The notes below the pieces were generated by a model that was not told the origin of the DNA, did no database searches, and saw only the letters and a list, made by a program, of their open reading frames with translations. A stretch of DNA of 64,000 nucleotides from Scyliorhinus canicula (Eukaryota). A program made the translations under genes and the position numbers. The stretch's first letter is position 1; each line of letters opens with the position of its first letter. Location: positions 51,435,810-51,499,809 of the forward strand of contig NC_052152.1 of NCBI RefSeq assembly GCF_902713615.1, in the 5' to 3' direction. Below are positions 59,772-64,000 of the stretch, piece by piece.

Positions 59772-62700
59772 ATGGCTAGTCGACGTGGGAGGGGGGGCGG
59801 GCTTTATGAGGCGTATGTTGGGACGGGTCCCGGATCTGGAGGCGGGAGGTCTGATCATGGGGGGGGGGGACTTCAATACGGTGTTGGATCCTTCACTGGA
59901 TCGGTCCAGCTCTAGGACGGGTAGGAGGCCGGCGGCGGCCAAGGTACTGAGAGGGTTTATGGAACAGATGGGTGGGGTGGATCCATGGAGGTTTGTGAGG
60001 CCGAGGGCACGGGAGCACTCTTTCTTCTCCCACGTACATAGGGTCTACTCTCGGATAGATTTCTTCGTGGTGAGTAGGGGACTGCTTCCGAGAGTGGAGG
60101 AGGTCGAGTATTCGGCCATTGCAATCTCCGACCACGCTCCGCATTGAATAGAGTTGGAGATGGGGGAGATGCGGGACCAGCGCCTGTTGTGGCGGTTGGA
60201 TGTGGGGTTGTTGGCGGAGGAGGTGGTGTGTAGGAGGGTCCGGAAAAGTATTGAGGGGTACCTCGAGGGGCTGGTTTAGCTCACTCGGCTAAATCGCTGG
60301 CTTTTAAAGCAGACCAAGCAGGCCAGCAGCACGGTTCAATTCCCGTACCAGCCTCCCCGGACAGGCGCCGGAATGTGGCGACTAGGGGCTTTTCACAGTA
60401 ACTTCATTGATGCCCTCTCGTGACAATAAGTGATTTTCATTTCATTCATTTTTCATTTCATGATATGGGGGAGGTTCAGGTGGGGGTGGTCTGGGAAGCC
60501 CTGAAGGCAGTGATTCGTGGGGAGCTGAGATCCATCCGGAGAGAAATGAGAGGAGTGAGAGGGATAGACTGGTGGGAAAGATGCTGGAGGTAGACAGGAG
60601 GTACGCAGAGGCACCAGAGGAGAGACTGTTGGGGGAGAGGCGCAGCCTGCAGGCTAAATTTGATTTGCTGACCACTAGAAAGGCGGAGACACAGTGGAGG
60701 AAGGCACAAGGGGCAGTGTACGAACATGGTGAAAAGGCGAGTAGGATGCTGGCTCATCAGCTCCGCAAGCTGGATGCGGCTAAGGAAATTGCTGGAGTGA
60801 GAGACAAGAGTGGGAATGTGGTGCGGAAGGGGGTAGAGGTGAATGAGGTCTTCAAGGACTTTTACAGGGAACTGTACTGGTCGGAGCCAACGGGGGAGAG
60901 GAGGGGAATGGAGAGGTTCCTTGACAGGCTTTCTTTCCTGAAGGTGCAGGAGGAGCAGGTGGAGGGTTTGGGTGCGCCGATCGAGCTGGAGGAGCTAGTT
61001 AAGGGGATCGGGCAGATGCAGTCAGGGAAGGCACCGGGGCCGGATGGGTTCCCGGTGGAATTTTATAAAAAGTTTGTGGACCTAGTGGGCCCCTTGCTGG
61101 TGCGGACACTTAATGAAGCGTGGGAAGGGGGGACTTTGCCCCCGACGATGTCGCGGGCGCTGATTTCGTTAATCTTAAAGAGGGACAAGGACCCCCAGCA
61201 GTGTGGTTCATACAGGCCCATATCTCTCCTCAACGTAGATGCCAAGGTGCTGGCAAAGATCCTGGCCACCAGGATAGAGGACTGTGTGCCAGGGGTTGTA
61301 CACGAGGACCAGACAGGGTTTGTGAAGGGAAGGCAGCTGAACACGAATGTGCGGAGATTGTTGAATGTCATCATGATGCCGGCGATTGAGGGGGAGGCAG
61401 AGATAGAGTGGAGTGGGGGTACTTATGGGAGGTGCTGGGGAGGTTTGGATTTGGTGAAGGGTTTATTAGATGTGTGAGGCTGCTATATGAGGCCCCGATG
61501 GCGTGCGTGGCCACGAATGGGAGGAGGTCGGAGTACTTCCGGCTTTACCGAGGGACCAGGCAAGGTTGCCCCCTGTCCCCCTTGTTGTTTGCATTGGCAA
61601 TTGAGCTGCTGGCGATGGCGTTGAGGGATTCAGAGAGGTGGAGAGGTTTGGTGCGAGGTGGGAAGGAACATAGGGTGTCGTATGCTGATGACCTGTTACT
61701 GTATGTGGCGGACCCGGTAGGAGGGATGCCGGGGGTGATAGAGCTGCTAGCTGAGTTTGGGACCTTTTCAGGTTATAAACTAAATTTAGGCAAGAGTGAG
61801 GTGTTTGTGGTGCACCCTGGAGACCAGGAGGAAGGAATTGGTAGGCTCCCGCTTAGGTGGGCAGGGGAGAGTTTTAGGTACCTGGGGGTGCAGGTGGCCA
61901 GGAACTGGGGGACTCTTCACAAACATAATTTCACCAGGCTTGTAGATCAGATGGAGGAGGAGTTCAAGAGGTGGGACATGCTGCCATTGTCGTTGGCGGG
62001 GAGGGTGCAGTCCGTCAAAATGACGGTGCTTCCGAGGTTCTTGTTCCTCTTTCAGTGCCTGCCCATCTTCATCCCCAGGGCCTTCTTTAGGAGAGTGACT
62101 AGCAGTATCTTGAGCTTTGTGTGGGCACATGGGACTCCGAGAGTGAAGAGGGTTTTCCTGGAGCGAGGGAGGGATAGAGGCGGGCTGGCGCTGCCCAACC
62201 TTTTGGGATACTATTGGGCGGCCAATGTGTCAATGGTGCGTAAATGGGTGATGGAGGGGGGAGGGGCGGCGTGGAAAGAATGGAGATGGCGTCATGTAGA
62301 GGTACGAGCCTGGGTGCCATGGTAACGGCACCATTGCCGCTCTCCCCTAAGAGGTTTACCACGAGCCCAGTGGTGGCGGCGACCCTAAGAATCTGGGGAC
62401 AGTGGAGACGGCATAGGGGGGAAACAGGGGGCTCGATGGAGGCTCCATTGGGTGGCAATCATCGGTTCATCCCGGGGAACAAGGATGGGGGATTTAGGGG
62501 GTGGCAAAGGGTGGGCATCAGTAAATTGAGGGACCTGTTTATTGGTGGGAGGTTTGCGGGCCTGGGGGAACTGGAAGATAAATTTGGGCTTCCCCAAGGG
62601 AACATGTTCAGATACTTGCAGGTAAAGGCATTTGCTAGGCGATAGGTAGAGGGATTCCCTTTGCTGCCCTCGCGGGGGACGATGGACAGAGTGCTTTCGG

Positions 62701-63288
62701 GGGTGTGGGTCGGAGAGGGGAAGGTGTCTGACATCTATAAGGTAATGCAGGAGGTGGAGGAGTCGTCAATGGAGGAGCTGAAGACTAAATGGGAGGGGGA
62801 ACTTGGGGAGCAGATAGAGGACGGGACTTGGGCGGATGCCTTGGAGAGAGTCAACTCTTCCTCTTCATGTGCGAGGCTTAGTCTCATCCAATTTAAGGTG
62901 CTGCACCGGGCCCACATGTCCGGGACCAGGATGAGTAGGTTCTTTGGGGGTGAGGACAGGTGCAGCAGATGTTCGGGGAGTCCAGCGAATCATGCCCATA
63001 TGTTCTGGGCATGCCCAGCACTGGAAGAATTCTGGAAGGGGGTGGCGGGGACGGTGTCGAGGGTGGTTGGATCCAGGGTCAAACCAGGGTGGGGACTCGT
63101 GATTTTCGGAGTTGCAGTGGAGCCGGGAGTGCAGGAGGCGAAAGAGGCCGGTGTCCTGGCCTTTGCGTCCCTAGTAGCCCGGCGGAGGATCTTGCTGCAG
63201 TGGAAGGATGTGAGGCCCCCAAGTGTGGAGACCTGGGTCAATGACATGGCGGGATTTATAAAGTTGGAAAGGGTCAAATTTGCCCTGT
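59772..63288 (+). pseudogene. L1 ORF2p (EN, RT, Cys-rich domain) with deletions, frameshifts and a SINE insertion
   Basis: GGDFN, YSRID, ISDHAP, KAPGPDGF, YRPISLLNVD, RGTRQGCPLSPLLF, YADDLL, C..C....NHAHMFWAC. The EN N-terminus (TWNV..YAPN) is absent. Confidence 0.92.
60267..60460 (+). mobile_element. Short tRNA-derived SINE inserted in L1 ORF2
   Basis: GGGGCTGGTTTAGCTCA..GGTTCAATTCC head and (TTTCA)n tail; splits ...GYL|..DMGEV... Confidence 0.92.
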
Positions 63289-63609
63289 GGGTGGCGCTCA
63301 TTTGTACAGAAGTCACCGGCAGGCTAGTTCTTTGTGTAATAAAGCCTTCGTTCATATGGTCTCGCTGTGAATTGATGGTATGTCAGGGTGGCATCCTGCT
63401 TTCCATTGGGGAGTGTGCCCATTTCCGTGGGGAAGGGCCTTAAATTTAACTTTGAGATTGGGGCACCCTGATCCCGGATTCCCAGCATGTTTAGCCTCTA
63501 CCCCTGCATCTGACTGTGTGATCCCCGCCAGAGCTCTGAGTGTCTTTAAATGAGGCAAACGCAAGTGTCTGTGAAGCTAGTGAGTGGCTAGGAGCTTTTC
63601 TTGCCTCAT

Positions 63610-63760
63610 AAAAACATAACATATAGGAGCAGAATTAGGCCATTAGGCCCATCAAGTATTATCCTCCATTAGATCATAACTGATATGTTGCTCATCCCCA
63701 ATCTCCTACCTTCTCCCCATAATCCCTGATGCCCTTGTTAATCAAGGAATCCCCTTTATA
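63610..63760 (-). mobile_element. CR1-like 3' tail
   Basis: CATAACATATAGGAGCAGAATTAGGCCATT.GGCCCATCAAG pattern. Confidence 0.65.
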
Positions 63761-64000
63761 ACCAAGGACCCCAGATTTGTGCTTGAGGTGCTGTTACATT
63801 CATGGCTATAGACCAAGAGCTGGAAGGTGGCAGTACACAGAATAGTTCCTTCTTAGAGAATAAAAACATAAGAACTAGGAGCAAGAGTGGGCAATTTACC
63901 TTCTCGAGCCTGATCCAACATTCTGCAATTTTGGGAAGATTGCATCTGGTATGTCTGCAAAATCATTCAAGATTCCAGATCTGGAAAAATGAATCCTTTG

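Larger units (their letters stand above)
58108..63288 (+). mobile_element. Near-full-length L1-clade LINE (5' UTR, ORF1, ORF2; 3' end missing)
   Basis: 5' GACTTCCGGTGGCGG start, ORF1 and ORF2 motifs in order, few disruptions. Confidence 0.95.

Overview
Repeat-dense vertebrate genomic DNA. The V-SINE/HE1-like SINEs with CR1 tails, L1-clade LINEs and Penelope-type hairpins point to a cartilaginous fish (shark); this is an inference. I found one intact host gene, on the minus strand (31291-19653). It has six exons with canonical GT-AG sites and compatible phases and encodes a 367-aa immunoglobulin-superfamily receptor: leader, V domain with a germline-joined J-like GEGT motif, C1-set domain, uncharged TM helix and a tail with four ITIM/ITSM-like tyrosine motifs. 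That makes it SIRP-like, with an antigen-receptor-like V-gene layout. Everything else I can support is transposon-derived: a defective ERV with env and a PPT-LTR-PBS(Phe) junction, a Gypsy provirus nested in a TIR element right after the receptor's stop codon, several L1-like LINEs (one near full length), Rex1/CR1 fragments, Harbinger-like transposase remnants with GGGC-TIR MITEs, solo LTRs and many SINEs. The most unusual non-coding signals are three regularly spaced CTCF-like sites between Penelope-type inverted arms (42075-42218) and a ~78-bp inverted repeat pair carrying E-box/RUNX motifs in the receptor's third intron. I saw no rRNA, true tRNA, CRISPR or RSS. All family assignments come from motif recognition by eye; no database searches were run and repeat boundaries are approximate.
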